A stretch of 64,000 bases of DNA from Candidatus Multivoradales bacterium. GTDB taxonomy: Bacteria; Acidobacteriota; Thermoanaerobaculia; Multivoradales; JAHEKO01. Shown here in pieces: positions 41,473-51,266 of this stretch. Made by a program: the position numbers and the translations under genes. The DNA lies in NCBI GenBank assembly GCA_965223855.1, contig CBDCXM010000009.1, positions 3,104,001-3,168,000 of the forward strand. Reading direction: 5' to 3'. The notes under the pieces were generated by a model. That model did no database searches. It was not told where the DNA came from and saw only the letters and a list, made by a program, of their open reading frames with translations. Numbering within the stretch: the stretch's first letter is position 1; every line of letters begins with the position of its first letter.

Positions 41473-42231
41473 GTGAGCATCGCCGTCGACAGGGTTCTCG
41501 CCACACGACGGCTCGCGACCCGCCGTTCGGTGAAGGGCGCCGTCGTCACCTCGGTCCTGCTGCACGGTGGCTTCGTGGCCGCCGTCCTGCTGGCGCCGCT
41601 GCTTCATCGCGACGACACTCCCGCGATGAAGGTCGTGCCGGTGATGATGATGCCGCTCCAGGCTCTCGGGGTGCGCAACCCGGATCCTGTTCCTCCCCGC
41701 AGCGAACCGGCTCCTCGGCCGGCCGCACCGGCCCCTGAACCGCCTCGCGAACGCACACCGGAGCCGCGTGAAGAGCCCCGCCCCACTCTTCCCAGCCCGG
41801 AGCGCGAGCGGGAGCGGGCGCCACGCGCCGAGCCTCAGCCGACGACCCCGGCACCGACCGGCGCCGCCCCGGCGGGCGGCGACCTCAGACGCCGCCGGGG
41901 CTCGCCGACCGGCAGCTCGCTCGGTACCGCGACGATGGGAGGCGTGAGCTTCGGCGACCCGAACTTCCGCCACAGCTACTACGCCGACCAGCTCACCGCC
42001 ATGCTGAGCGAGGCGTGGCAGCGGCCGGCGATCGGCGGTGAGGTGACCGCCCTGGTCAGCTTCCGGGTCGCCCGCGACGGCTCGGTCTCCGACGTGCGGA
42101 TCGCGGAATCGTCCGGCTACAGCTCGTTCGATCTGGCGGCACTGCGCGCCGTCCACCAGGCCGCCCCCTTCCCTCCCCTGCCTCAGGCGTTCAAAGATCC
42201 GTCCGTGGTCGTCGTCGTGGAGTTCATCTGA
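41473..42231 (+). CDS. tolA: TolA/TonB-like protein
   Basis: TM with SxxxH (SVLLH), Pro-rich linker, C-terminal SSG...FDLAALRAV; between tolR and tolB. Confidence 0.78.
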   Translation: MSIAVDRVLATRRLATRRSVKGAVVTSVLLHGGFVAAVLLAPLLHRDDTPAMKVVPVMMMPLQALGVRNPDPVPPRSEPAPRPAAPAPEPPRERTPEPREEPRPTLPSPERERERAPRAEPQPTTPAPTGAAPAGGDLRRRRGSPTGSSLGTATMGGVSFGDPNFRHSYYADQLTAMLSEAWQRPAIGGEVTALVSFRVARDGSVSDVRIAESSGYSSFDLAALRAVHQAAPFPPLPQAFKDPSVVVVVEFI

Positions 42232-43607
42232 TGAAGGAGTCCCTCATGCGTTTCTCTTCGCGAGCTCTCGCCCTCGCACTCGTGGCCGTCGTCGCTCCCC
42301 TCGCCCTGCCGCTCGTCGGCCAGCAGCCGCCGGTCACCGAGACCGATCCGGGCGAAGAGGGAATCCGCATCCGCGTCGGCGAGGGGATGCGCGGGCAGTT
42401 CGCCCTCGCCTTCCCTGCCACCCGCTCGGCGCTGCCGACCTCGATGGCCGAGTCCGCCGGCACCGTCGACAGCACCGTGCGCCAGGACCTGCTGCGCAGC
42501 CGGGTGATCGCCATCCAGGGACAGCAGGAGCTCTCGGTCCTGCAGCTCACCGGGGACCGTGACCGTGACTACCAGCAGTATCGCTCGCTCGGCAACGAGC
42601 TGCTTCTGCAGATCGACGTGCTCGCCGAGGACGGTCAGGTGGTCGTCGAAGGGCGTCTCTTCGACCTCGGCACCGGCGACTCGCTGCTCGGCAAGCGCTA
42701 CCGCGGAGAAGCTTCGGTGGCCGGCCGGATGGCGCACTCGCTGGCGGACGAGATCATCCTCGTCCTCACCGGCCGCCGCGGCCTCGGCCTGACGACGATC
42801 GCGTTCTACTCCGACCGGCAGGCCCAGAACCAGATCAAGGAGATCTATCTGATGGACTCCGACGGGAGGAATCAGAGGGCGATCACCAATCACCGTACGG
42901 TGTCGCTCTCGCCCTCGTGGAGCCCGACCGGCACCGCCATCGCCTACACGTCGTTCTTCTCGAGCCTCCCGGGCGTCTACCTGGTCGACATGGCGAGCGG
43001 CCAGAAGAACCCGGTGGTGACACAGGGGAGCTTCAACGCCTCGCCGACGTTCTCTCCGGACGGCCGGCGGATCGCCTTCGCCCGCTCCGAGGGGGGCAAC
43101 ATCGAGATCTTCGTCACCGACGTCGGCGGCGGCAACCTGCAGCGGATCACCAACTCCCGGGGGATCGACACCAACCCCTCCTGGAGCCCCAACGGGCGCC
43201 AGATCGCCTTCACCTCCGACCGAGGCGGCAGTCCGCAGATCTACGTCATGGACGTCGACGGCACGGGGGTCCGCCGGATCTCGCGCGACGGTCGCTACAA
43301 CGACGGCGCGGCGTGGAGCCCCGACGGCGGCCGCATCGCCTACGCCCAGCGCGGCGCGATCGAGCGCTTCGACATCGTCGTCGTCGACGTCGTGACCGGC
43401 GAGAAGCGCGAGCTCACCAGCGGCCCGGGGAGCCACGAAACGCCGACCTTCTCGCCCGACGGGATGAAGATCGCCTTCGCCGGCAAGTACGGCTCGGGCA
43501 GCGGCGCGAACCAGATCTACGTGATGGACGCCGACGGCTCCAACGTCGTCCGGCTGACCAGCGAGGGCAACAATTTCTCTCCCTCGTGGTCCGGTTACGT
43601 CCCCTGA
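42231..43607 (+). CDS. tolB: Tol-Pal beta-propeller protein TolB
   Basis: Signal peptide, repeated PSWSPxG/PTFSPDG (PD40) motifs; alternative start 42246. Confidence 0.92.
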   Translation: MKESLMRFSSRALALALVAVVAPLALPLVGQQPPVTETDPGEEGIRIRVGEGMRGQFALAFPATRSALPTSMAESAGTVDSTVRQDLLRSRVIAIQGQQELSVLQLTGDRDRDYQQYRSLGNELLLQIDVLAEDGQVVVEGRLFDLGTGDSLLGKRYRGEASVAGRMAHSLADEIILVLTGRRGLGLTTIAFYSDRQAQNQIKEIYLMDSDGRNQRAITNHRTVSLSPSWSPTGTAIAYTSFFSSLPGVYLVDMASGQKNPVVTQGSFNASPTFSPDGRRIAFARSEGGNIEIFVTDVGGGNLQRITNSRGIDTNPSWSPNGRQIAFTSDRGGSPQIYVMDVDGTGVRRISRDGRYNDGAAWSPDGGRIAYAQRGAIERFDIVVVDVVTGEKRELTSGPGSHETPTFSPDGMKIAFAGKYGSGSGANQIYVMDADGSNVVRLTSEGNNFSPSWSGYVP

Positions 43608-43656
43608 TGGGGACGTTCGACGCCAAATCGGCACAGGATCGCAAAAACCCAACGAT

Positions 43657-43701
43657 TGCCGACACTTACAGCTTGCTCCCCGTGTCGGCATTTGCTAAAG
43701 T
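43657..43701 (+). promoter_or_regulatory. Putative pal promoter with overlapping inverted repeat
   Basis: TTGCTC(43673)-17 bp-TAAAGT(43696); TGCCGACAC-N16-GTGTCGGCA (43657-43690). Confidence 0.45.
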
Positions 43702-43794
43702 CGCGCCGCCTGCAGGCAGGGTTGAAGTACGACGAGCCGGGCGGGAATCGCAAGGGCCGCTGCACGGTGCAGTGCCGTTGAAGCTGACAAGGAG

Positions 43795-44370
43795 ATGGAC
43801 ATGAGCCGCAGAAGCATTCAGGTCGGGGGTGTGTTGGTCGTGGTCGCCATGATGATGGTCGGCTGTGGTGGGCCGAAGGAGCCGCCGATGGTCGAGCCGC
43901 CGGAAGAGCCCGTTGCCACCCAGCCTACGCAGCAGGTCGAAACACCGGCAGAGATGCCGATGGAAGACGACGGGCAGCCCGACTGGGAGAGCGGTGAGCT
44001 CGGAGTGCTCAATCAGTTCGCCCGCGACAACGGCCTGCTGGGAGACGTCTACTTCGCCTACGACCGTTCCGACCTCAGCCAGGAGGCGACCGACCGCCTG
44101 GCCGCCAACGCTGCCTTCATGCGCGACCATCCCAACCTGACCTTCACCATCGAGGGTCATTGCGACGAGCGCGGCACCAACGGCTACAACCTCGCCCTCG
44201 GTGACCGCCGTGCCTCGACCGCCTCGAGCTACCTCGGCTCGCTCGGCGTCGACGGCGGCCGCCTCAGCAGCGTCAGCTACGGCGAGGAGCGGCCGCAGTG
44301 CATGACCTCCGCCGAGTCCTGCTGGTCGCGCAACCGCCGCGCGCACTTCGTCATCACCGGGCGCCGGTAG
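43795..44370 (+). CDS. pal: Peptidoglycan-associated lipoprotein
   Basis: Lipobox MVGC, VYFAYD, IEGHCDERGT..YNLALGDRRA, SYGEERP, NRR. Confidence 0.95.
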   Translation: MDMSRRSIQVGGVLVVVAMMMVGCGGPKEPPMVEPPEEPVATQPTQQVETPAEMPMEDDGQPDWESGELGVLNQFARDNGLLGDVYFAYDRSDLSQEATDRLAANAAFMRDHPNLTFTIEGHCDERGTNGYNLALGDRRASTASSYLGSLGVDGGRLSSVSYGEERPQCMTSAESCWSRNRRAHFVITGRR

Positions 44371-44374
44371 CCCC

Positions 44375-45175
44375 ATGACCGCGCGCTGGAAGGCCTCGAT
44401 CGTCACTGCCGCCGTCGCCGTCGGCGCCGCCGGCTGTGTCGGCACGCAGGACATCGAGGCCATCCAGTCGCAGTTGCGCGACATCCAGCGCCAGGTCGCC
44501 TACCTCCAGCAGGAGAGTTCGAGCAAGGACGAGGTGGCACAGCTCGAAGCGAGCATCGAGAGTCACACCTCTGCACTCCTCAAGTCCGAGGCGGACGTGC
44601 AGGTCGGCTTGCAGCGGCTCTCCGACCAGATCGATCAGCTCGAAGCGAACCTCGCGGACACGACCTTCCGGCTCAACGACCTGTCGCAGCAGATCGCCGC
44701 CACCAACCAGGAGCTGCGCGCCGTGCGCAGTGCCGTCGGCAGCGGCGCGGTGCTCGGCGGGGGTGGGGGTGGCCCGGCAGTCGGTCCCGCGCCGGCACCG
44801 GCCGACCCGCAGCAGCTCTACGACGACGCCCGTGCCGACTACGTTCGCGGTAACTACGAGCTGGCGATTCTCGGCTTCTCGCAGTACCTCGAGGCGTTTC
44901 CCGACTCGGAACTCTCCGACAACGCTCGCTACTGGATCGGCGAATGCCAGTTCAGCCAGGGCAACTACCAGCAGGCGATCCGCGAGTTCGACCGCATCGC
45001 CCGTGACTATCCCCGTAGCGACAAGCTGGCGAGCGCCCTTCTCAAGAAGGGCTACGCCTATCTCCAGATGGGCAGGCTCGAAGAGGGCCGGATCCAGCTC
45101 AACAACGTCATCGATCAGTACCGGGGTTCCGACGAAGCCGAGCTCGCCCGCCAGCGACTCTCTTCCCTGCGCTGA
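44375..45175 (+). CDS. cpoB: Tol-Pal coordinator CpoB/YbgF
   Basis: Lipobox AGC, coiled coil, TPRs (NARYWIGE, ALLKKG); follows pal. Confidence 0.92.
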   Translation: MTARWKASIVTAAVAVGAAGCVGTQDIEAIQSQLRDIQRQVAYLQQESSSKDEVAQLEASIESHTSALLKSEADVQVGLQRLSDQIDQLEANLADTTFRLNDLSQQIAATNQELRAVRSAVGSGAVLGGGGGGPAVGPAPAPADPQQLYDDARADYVRGNYELAILGFSQYLEAFPDSELSDNARYWIGECQFSQGNYQQAIREFDRIARDYPRSDKLASALLKKGYAYLQMGRLEEGRIQLNNVIDQYRGSDEAELARQRLSSLR

Positions 45176-45202
45176 CCCCCCTCCGAATCGTGGGCGGTCG
45201 TC

Positions 45203-45232
45203 TTGACCGGCCCACCGAACCCCCCGTAGACT
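45203..45232 (+). promoter_or_regulatory. Putative sigma70 promoter of rpsT
   Basis: TTGACC, 18 bp, TAGACT. Confidence 0.5.
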
Positions 45233-45314
45233 CCAGCGCCGCGCGACGAAGGCGCCTCCCCACCGGGGAGACCGCGACGCGGCACCCGAACCACGAGCTT
45301 CAGGAACACCAGTC

Positions 45315-45575
45315 ATGGCCAACATCAAGTCCGCAGAGAAGCGAATCCGCCAGACGGCCAAACGCCGCACCCGCAACCGCTACCACCGTTCGCGCATGCG
45401 CACGGCGATCAAGCAGCTCCGCTCGATGATCGACGAAGGTCGCGGCGACGAGGCGCGCAACGCCCTGGCCGGGACGCTCGCTCTGATCGACTCGACCGCC
45501 CAGAAGGGCGTCATTCACCGCAACGCAGCGGCCCGGACCAAGTCCCGCCTCACGCGTGCGGTGGGCGCGATCTAG
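45315..45575 (+). CDS. rpsT: 30S ribosomal protein S20
   Basis: MANIKSAEKR, KGVIHRNAAARTKSRL. Confidence 0.98.
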   Translation: MANIKSAEKRIRQTAKRRTRNRYHRSRMRTAIKQLRSMIDEGRGDEARNALAGTLALIDSTAQKGVIHRNAAARTKSRLTRAVGAI

Positions 45576-45661
45576 CCCGCTCGTTCCCGCAGCCCCGCGA
45601 CGAGCGCGGGCAGCCGCACATCGGCTAACCTCCTCCTGGATCCCATCCGGAGGTGCTGGCG

Positions 45662-46366
45662 ATGTTGATGAATCTCGTGCGCAGGCTCGAGGCGAAGTTC
45701 GATCCCGTCGAGGATGCCGGGCTGACCGTATTCCTGGCGCTCCTGTGCATCCTGTCCTTCGTTCTCCTGCCGGCGCTGGGCACCGAAGGGCCGCCGATGA
45801 GCTTCCTCATCTCCCTGGCGTACGGCGGCCTGCTCGTGCTTGGTGCCTTTCTCGGCGACCTGCCGGCTCGTTGGCGAGCGGTGGCCCTCGTGCTGGGAGC
45901 GGTCAGCGTCGGCCTCACCCTCGCTCGGGAGGTCTCTCCCCTGCCGGCGGTCCAGCTCGCCTACCTCGTGACGGGATTCATCTTCCTGGTTCTCGTCTGC
46001 GGCGCGATGCTCCGTCAGGTCTTCAAGCCGGGCGCCGTCAACTCGCATCGGCTCAGGGGGGCGTGCGCCGTCTATCTCCTGCTCGGCTTCGTCTTCGCCA
46101 TGGTGATCTCGATGGTCGAACAGACGGCGCCGGGAGCGTTCTCCGGCCTCGATGCTTCGGATGCCAACCACCTGATCCGGGACGCGGTCTACTTCAGCTT
46201 CGTCACCCTGACCACGCTGGGCTACGGCGACATCACCCCGACTTCCGATCTGGCCCGCTCGCTCGTGATCGTCGAAGCGGTCGCCGGCCAGCTCTTCCTC
46301 GCCATCCTGCTGGCGAGACTGGTCTCGATGTCGGTCGCCTCGGGCGGCGCCGGGGCGCGCGAGTAG
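45662..46366 (+). CDS. Potassium channel family protein
   Basis: YFSFVTLTTLGYGDITP selectivity-filter motif, multiple TMs. Confidence 0.88.
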   Translation: MLMNLVRRLEAKFDPVEDAGLTVFLALLCILSFVLLPALGTEGPPMSFLISLAYGGLLVLGAFLGDLPARWRAVALVLGAVSVGLTLAREVSPLPAVQLAYLVTGFIFLVLVCGAMLRQVFKPGAVNSHRLRGACAVYLLLGFVFAMVISMVEQTAPGAFSGLDASDANHLIRDAVYFSFVTLTTLGYGDITPTSDLARSLVIVEAVAGQLFLAILLARLVSMSVASGGAGARE

Positions 46367-46373
46367 GGCTAGG

Positions 46374-46907
46374 CTAGAACCCTTCGAGGATGTCGATCAC
46401 GAGCGTCTGCGCAAAGTCTTCCGCGACGTCGATGATCGCCGTCTCCTCGAAGTCCAGCAGCTCCGCCGGGTCGAACTCGTACTGCTCGCGAAACTGGTAG
46501 TACGGCTGCTCCCAGATCACCTCTTCGCTCTGCGAACGCTTGAACGACATCGACGCGATGATCGTGATCTCGTACTCGCTCGCCCGGCCCTCCTCACCGC
46601 CGAAGAGCACCGGCCGGACCCTGAACGTGGTCACCGAACCGGCGAGCACGGCGTCGGCCTCGAACTCGTTGTTGACCAGCTCGAACTTCGGCCGACGGAG
46701 GAACTCGTCGTTGATCGCCTGAGTGAGCGTCTGGTCGACCTGCTGCCTCAGGGTGCGGTTCGTCAGCGGGCTGATGTAGATGTTCTCGATGTCCTCCGGC
46801 AGACTGCTGGTACGGCCCACGAGGCCGTAGCCGCAACCGAGTACCGACCCGCCCAGAACGACGGCGAGCAGGAGGGTGATCGAGCGTTCAAGAGCGCGTT
46901 TTTTCAC
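46374..46907 (-). CDS. lptE: LptE family LPS assembly lipoprotein
   Basis: Lipobox LGCGY, LPEDIENIYI, ADAVLAGSV pattern. Confidence 0.8.
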   Translation of the reverse strand: MKKRALERSITLLLAVVLGGSVLGCGYGLVGRTSSLPEDIENIYISPLTNRTLRQQVDQTLTQAINDEFLRRPKFELVNNEFEADAVLAGSVTTFRVRPVLFGGEEGRASEYEITIIASMSFKRSQSEEVIWEQPYYQFREQYEFDPAELLDFEETAIIDVAEDFAQTLVIDILEGF

Positions 46908-47416
46908 GACGTCGGCGTTTCCTTCGCTGAAGAGCCACTGGGTTGGGACGCCACGGAATCGGCGCCCGTCTCGAGCCGCCTGAGAATACCGTCGAGCAGC
47001 CCGTTGACGAAGCTTCCCGACTGCTCGGAGCCGTACTGCTTGGCGAGCTCGATCGCTTCGTCGAGGACGACGAGCGGCGGAACGTCGGTGCTCGCCAGCA
47101 GTTCGTAGACGGCGAGCCGGAGGATGTTGCGATCGACCGCCGGCATCCGCTCCAGGCGCCAGTTCGTCGCCTGGCCGCTGAGCCGCTCGTCGATCTCGTC
47201 GAGGCGCTCGAGCGCTCCGGTGACGAGGTCGGAGGCGAACGCGAACGCTTCTCGCAACCGCTCGGGAGAGCGAGGCGGCTGACCGGGCTCGGGCGCGAAC
47301 CCCTCGAACGGATCGAAGGCTGCGATCACCTGCACCGCGGAGCTGCCCCCGAGCTCGGCCTGATAGAGCATCCGCAGGGCCATCTCACGGCCCCATCGTC
47401 TCTTGCTGGCGGGCAT
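46904..47416 (-). CDS. nusB: Transcription antitermination factor NusB
   Basis: RExALxMLYQ, WRLERMPAVDRNILRLA, EAIELAK, FVNGLLD. Confidence 0.95.
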   Translation of the reverse strand: MPASKRRWGREMALRMLYQAELGGSSAVQVIAAFDPFEGFAPEPGQPPRSPERLREAFAFASDLVTGALERLDEIDERLSGQATNWRLERMPAVDRNILRLAVYELLASTDVPPLVVLDEAIELAKQYGSEQSGSFVNGLLDGILRRLETGADSVASQPSGSSAKETPTS

Positions 47417-47578
47417 GCTCGTCTCGCGTCTCAAGGATCCGGCGAGGGCGCTGCAGGCGCCTTCGCACGCGAGCGGGAGTATATCCCCGTCCGATGCGCC
47501 GACCCGCCTCCTTCGCGCTGCCGTCGCCGGCGTCTACGCCTCTGCGGACGAGCCGGCCTGACAGGCTAGACTCGCCGC

Positions 47579-48328
47579 ATGTCGCAGCCAGCACCGGTCG
47601 CCGGAAACCGCCGGATCGCCATGTGGTCGGGACCTCGCAACATCTCGACGGCGATGTTGCGAGCCTGGGGGTCCCGCCACGATACGTGGGTCGTGGACGA
47701 ACCGCTCTACGCTCACTACCTCCGCACGACAGGAGCAGAGCATCCGGCGCGCGAGGAGATCCTCGAAGCGCAGGACCCCGACTGGAGGAACGTCGCCGCG
47801 ACGCTCACCGGGGAGATCCCCGAGGGGCGCGCCATCTGGTACCAGAAGCACATGGGGCATCACCTGACGGCGGACGTCGATCGAGAGTGGATCTACGAGC
47901 TGACGAACTGCTTCCTGATCCGCGAGCCGCAGGAGATGATCACCTCCTACATCAAGATCGTGCCGGAGCCGACGCCGTGGGACCTGGCCCTCCCCCAGCA
48001 GGTCGAGCTCTTCGAGGAGATCCGCTCGCGGACGGGCACGGTGCCGCCGGTGATCGACTCGCGCGACGTGCTGGAGGCGCCGGAACGCCTCCTGCGCCTG
48101 CTGTGCGAGGCGGTCGACGTCGACTTCGACCCCGTAATGCTCAGCTGGGAGCCCGGGCTGCGCGAAACCGACGGCGTCTGGGCCCCCCACTGGTACGACT
48201 CGGTGGCCGCCTCGACCACCTTCGGGCCGTACCGCCCCAAGGGAGAGCCGGTCCCGGCCTCCCTCGAGAAGGTGCACGAAGAGTGCGTCGGCTACTACGA
48301 TCGGCTCTATCGCCACCGCCTCCGCTGA
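47579..48328 (+). CDS. Sulfotransferase-like P-loop protein of the type associated with BCAT-like enzymes
   Basis: IAMWSGPRNISTAM, DEPLY, YQKHM, FLIREP, DGVWAPHWY. Confidence 0.8.
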   Translation: MSQPAPVAGNRRIAMWSGPRNISTAMLRAWGSRHDTWVVDEPLYAHYLRTTGAEHPAREEILEAQDPDWRNVAATLTGEIPEGRAIWYQKHMGHHLTADVDREWIYELTNCFLIREPQEMITSYIKIVPEPTPWDLALPQQVELFEEIRSRTGTVPPVIDSRDVLEAPERLLRLLCEAVDVDFDPVMLSWEPGLRETDGVWAPHWYDSVAASTTFGPYRPKGEPVPASLEKVHEECVGYYDRLYRHRLR

Positions 48329-48369
48329 CGCGGGGGACCTTGTGAATCCGCCAACGGGGGGCACCGTCC

Positions 48370-49278
48370 GTGCGACAGACGTTCCACTCTCAGAACTCCG
48401 ACCTGCTGATCAACATCAACGGCAAGCTCGAGCATCGCAACGAGGCCGGGATCAGCCCGTTCGACTCCGCCGTCCAGGGCGGTGACGCCGTCTGGGAAGG
48501 GCTCCGGCTTTACGAGGGCAGGATCTTCAAGCTCGACGAGCATCTGGCGCGGCTCGAGTCCTCGGCCAAGGCGCTCGCCTTCGCCGAGATCCCCGGCCGT
48601 GAGGAGATCGTCACCGAGATCCGTCGCACCCTCGAGGCCAACGACATGCGCGACGGCGTCCACATCCGCCTCACGCTGACCCGGGGGGTCAAGTACACGT
48701 CGGGGATGGATCCGCGTCTCAACGACGCCGGGCCGACCCTGATCGTGCTTGCCGAGTTCAAGCCTCCGGTCTACGACAAGGGGGGCGTGCGGCTCATCAC
48801 CAGCTCGTGGCGCCGGCCGGGCCCCGACGTGCTCGATCCGAAGATTCACAGCGCCAACCTGATCCAGTCGATCCTCGCCAAGATCGAGGCGAATCATGCC
48901 GGCGTGGACGACGCACTGATGCTCGACGGCCGCGGCTTCATCGCAGAGACCAATGCGACCCACTTCTTCGTCGTGCACGACGGCATCGTGTCGACCAGCC
49001 GCCTCGTCGCCTGCCCGGAGGGAGTGACCCGGGCGACCGTGCTCGAGCTGTGCGCCGGCCACGGCATCGAGGCGCGCGAGACGGACCTTTCGCTCACGGA
49101 GGCGTACCGCGCCGACGAGGCCTTCTGCACCGGCACGATGGGAGAGCTCGCCCCGGTCGTCGAGATCGACGGCCGCGCGATCGGCGGCGAAGCACCCGGC
49201 CCGGTCACCGGGCGACTCAGTGAGCTCTACGCCGATCTCACGGCCGGCAGCGGCACGCCGATCTTCGAAGCCCGATGA
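48370..49278 (+). CDS. PLP fold-type IV (aminotransferase class IV-like) protein, atypical
   Basis: GDAVWEGLR, HLARL, ETNATHFF, GVTR, ADEAFCTGT; KIHSANL at the PLP-lysine motif. Confidence 0.88.
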   Translation: MRQTFHSQNSDLLININGKLEHRNEAGISPFDSAVQGGDAVWEGLRLYEGRIFKLDEHLARLESSAKALAFAEIPGREEIVTEIRRTLEANDMRDGVHIRLTLTRGVKYTSGMDPRLNDAGPTLIVLAEFKPPVYDKGGVRLITSSWRRPGPDVLDPKIHSANLIQSILAKIEANHAGVDDALMLDGRGFIAETNATHFFVVHDGIVSTSRLVACPEGVTRATVLELCAGHGIEARETDLSLTEAYRADEAFCTGTMGELAPVVEIDGRAIGGEAPGPVTGRLSELYADLTAGSGTPIFEAR

Positions 49279-50696
49279 ACGGGCGCTGGCCGCTCGAGCC
49301 CGACGAGCGACGGATGAGGGAGATGGTCGCGGCGGCGCTCGATCGCGTCGTCCAGCATCTGGTGACGCTGCCGAGTCAGCCCGGACACGTCGACACCACG
49401 GAAGCGATCGCCGCCTCGAAGGATCTGATCGAACCGATGCCCGCCGCCGGTGCGGACCTCGGGCGGCTGCTCGACGAGCTCTTCGACGACCACGCTCCAC
49501 GAAGCTTCACGACCCCGGGGCCCGGGTACCTCGCCTACGTGCCGGGAGGCGGTCTCTTTCACTCGGCCGTCGCCGACCTCGTCGCCGACGCTCTCAACCG
49601 CTACACCGGCGTCCTGGCGGCGGCTCCCGGCCTGGTGCAGCTCGAGCACAACGTCGTGCGGTGGTTCAACGAGATCATCGGCTACCCCGAGACCGCCGAA
49701 GGGATCCTCACCAGCGGCGGCTCGCTCGCCAATCTCAGCGGCATCGTCGCCGCCCGCAGCGCGCGCCTGGGAGAGGAGTTCCTCGACGGCGTGCTCTACG
49801 TCTCCGATCAGGCGCACCACTGCGTAGCGAAGGCCGCCCGCCTCGCCGGCTTCCCGCGACGCAGTCTTCGCAAGCTGCCGGTCGACGACAGCTTCCGGCT
49901 GCGGCCGGAGACGGTGGCCGAGGCCGTCGCCCGGGACCGGGAGCGGGGACTGCGCCCCTTCCTGCTCGTAGCGAGCGCCGGCACCACCAACACCGGAGCG
50001 GTCGATCCGTTGCCCGAACTCGCCGATCTGGCCGAGAGCGAGGAGCTGTGGTTCCACGTCGACGGCGCCTACGGAGGATTCTTCGCCATGACCGAGCGCG
50101 GGCGAGAGGCGCTGGCGGGCATCGAGCGGGCCGATTCGGTGGTCCTCGACCCGCACAAGGGTCTCTTCCTTCCCTACGGCACCGGAGCGCTGCTGGTGCG
50201 TGAGCGCGGCCACCTCGAGCGCGCCCACAGCGAGCGCGCCGACTACATGCCGCCGATGCAGGAGGATCCCGAGCTCGCCGACCCGTGTGAGATCTCGCCC
50301 GAGCTCTCCAAGCCGTTCCGCGGCCTTCGGGTGTGGCTGCCGTTCAAGATGGAGGGGGCCGAGGCGTTCCGTCAGGCACTCGACGAGAAACTCGACCTCA
50401 CGCGGTGGATCGAGCGCGAGCTGCGTGCGATCGCGCCTCTGGAGATCCTGGCCGCGGCCCAGCTCTCGACCCTCGCCTTCGCCGTGCGAGCCACCGACGC
50501 CGAGGAGGCGAACACCCTGACGCGAGAGCTTCACCGGCGGATCAACGACGCCGGCCGGGTCCATCTCACCGCCACCCGGCTCGGCGAGCGCTACGCCATC
50601 CGGATCTGCATCCTCTCCTTCCGCACCCACCTCGACCGGATGGAGGCTTGCCGAGACGACATCCTGGCGGCGGTGGAGGCGCTGGACCCAGCCTGA
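49275..50696 (+). CDS. PLP-dependent (group II, aromatic-amino-acid type) decarboxylase
   Basis: SGGSLAN, AGTTNTGAVDP, HVDGAYGG, DPHKGLF; ATGA overlap with previous gene. Confidence 0.92.
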   Translation: MNGRWPLEPDERRMREMVAAALDRVVQHLVTLPSQPGHVDTTEAIAASKDLIEPMPAAGADLGRLLDELFDDHAPRSFTTPGPGYLAYVPGGGLFHSAVADLVADALNRYTGVLAAAPGLVQLEHNVVRWFNEIIGYPETAEGILTSGGSLANLSGIVAARSARLGEEFLDGVLYVSDQAHHCVAKAARLAGFPRRSLRKLPVDDSFRLRPETVAEAVARDRERGLRPFLLVASAGTTNTGAVDPLPELADLAESEELWFHVDGAYGGFFAMTERGREALAGIERADSVVLDPHKGLFLPYGTGALLVRERGHLERAHSERADYMPPMQEDPELADPCEISPELSKPFRGLRVWLPFKMEGAEAFRQALDEKLDLTRWIERELRAIAPLEILAAAQLSTLAFAVRATDAEEANTLTRELHRRINDAGRVHLTATRLGERYAIRICILSFRTHLDRMEACRDDILAAVEALDPA

Positions 50697-51014
50697 TCCG
50701 TCCGCCCCTCGGACACCGCGACGCGACACGGGCCCTGCGGCTCGTCACACGGAGCCGGGAGAGCCCTCCTCACCTCCCGTGCAGCCAGTCAGCGATCCTT
50801 GCGAAGGGCTTCGAGTACGACTCGGACTGCCGAGAGCGCCGCCTGTCGGGGAGGCCGCCGAGAGACAGGGGCATCTTGACGGCACCGCGCTGACGACCGT
50901 CCCGCGCCAGGTCGAAGCAGCTTGCGGAGCCTCACCTGGAAGGCGAGGGTACGCGCCACTGCCGACCTGCGTCGCAGTCGACGAAGACGCCCTCCCGGGG
51001 CGATGTCGACCGCC

Positions 51015-51215
51015 TCAGTCGTCGAGCCGCGTCGCGGTGACCTGGCGCTCCGGGCCCCACCCGTCGGAGACGACGCTGACCTCGACCTTCCACGGCCGGC
51101 AGCACACTTCGCAGTCCCAGACCATCTCTCCCTCGACGTCGGGCTCGACGGCGATGTCGACGACCTCGCCGCAGTAGGGGCAGAAGACCGTGAAGCTCTC
51201 GGCCTCGCCGTTCAC
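51015..51215 (-). CDS. CPXCG-motif cysteine-rich small protein
   Basis: CPYCGE ... DCEVCCRP. Confidence 0.85.
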   Translation of the reverse strand: MNGEAESFTVFCPYCGEVVDIAVEPDVEGEMVWDCEVCCRPWKVEVSVVSDGWGPERQVTATRLDD

Positions 51216-51266
51216 GCCGCTCCCGCCAGGCCGTCCTGCCGGACACGACTCACCGAGGCGCCGCCG

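Noticed and set aside
50697-51014. Unassigned ~320-bp gap between convergent genes
   Set aside because: No repeat, RNA motif or credible ORF recognised
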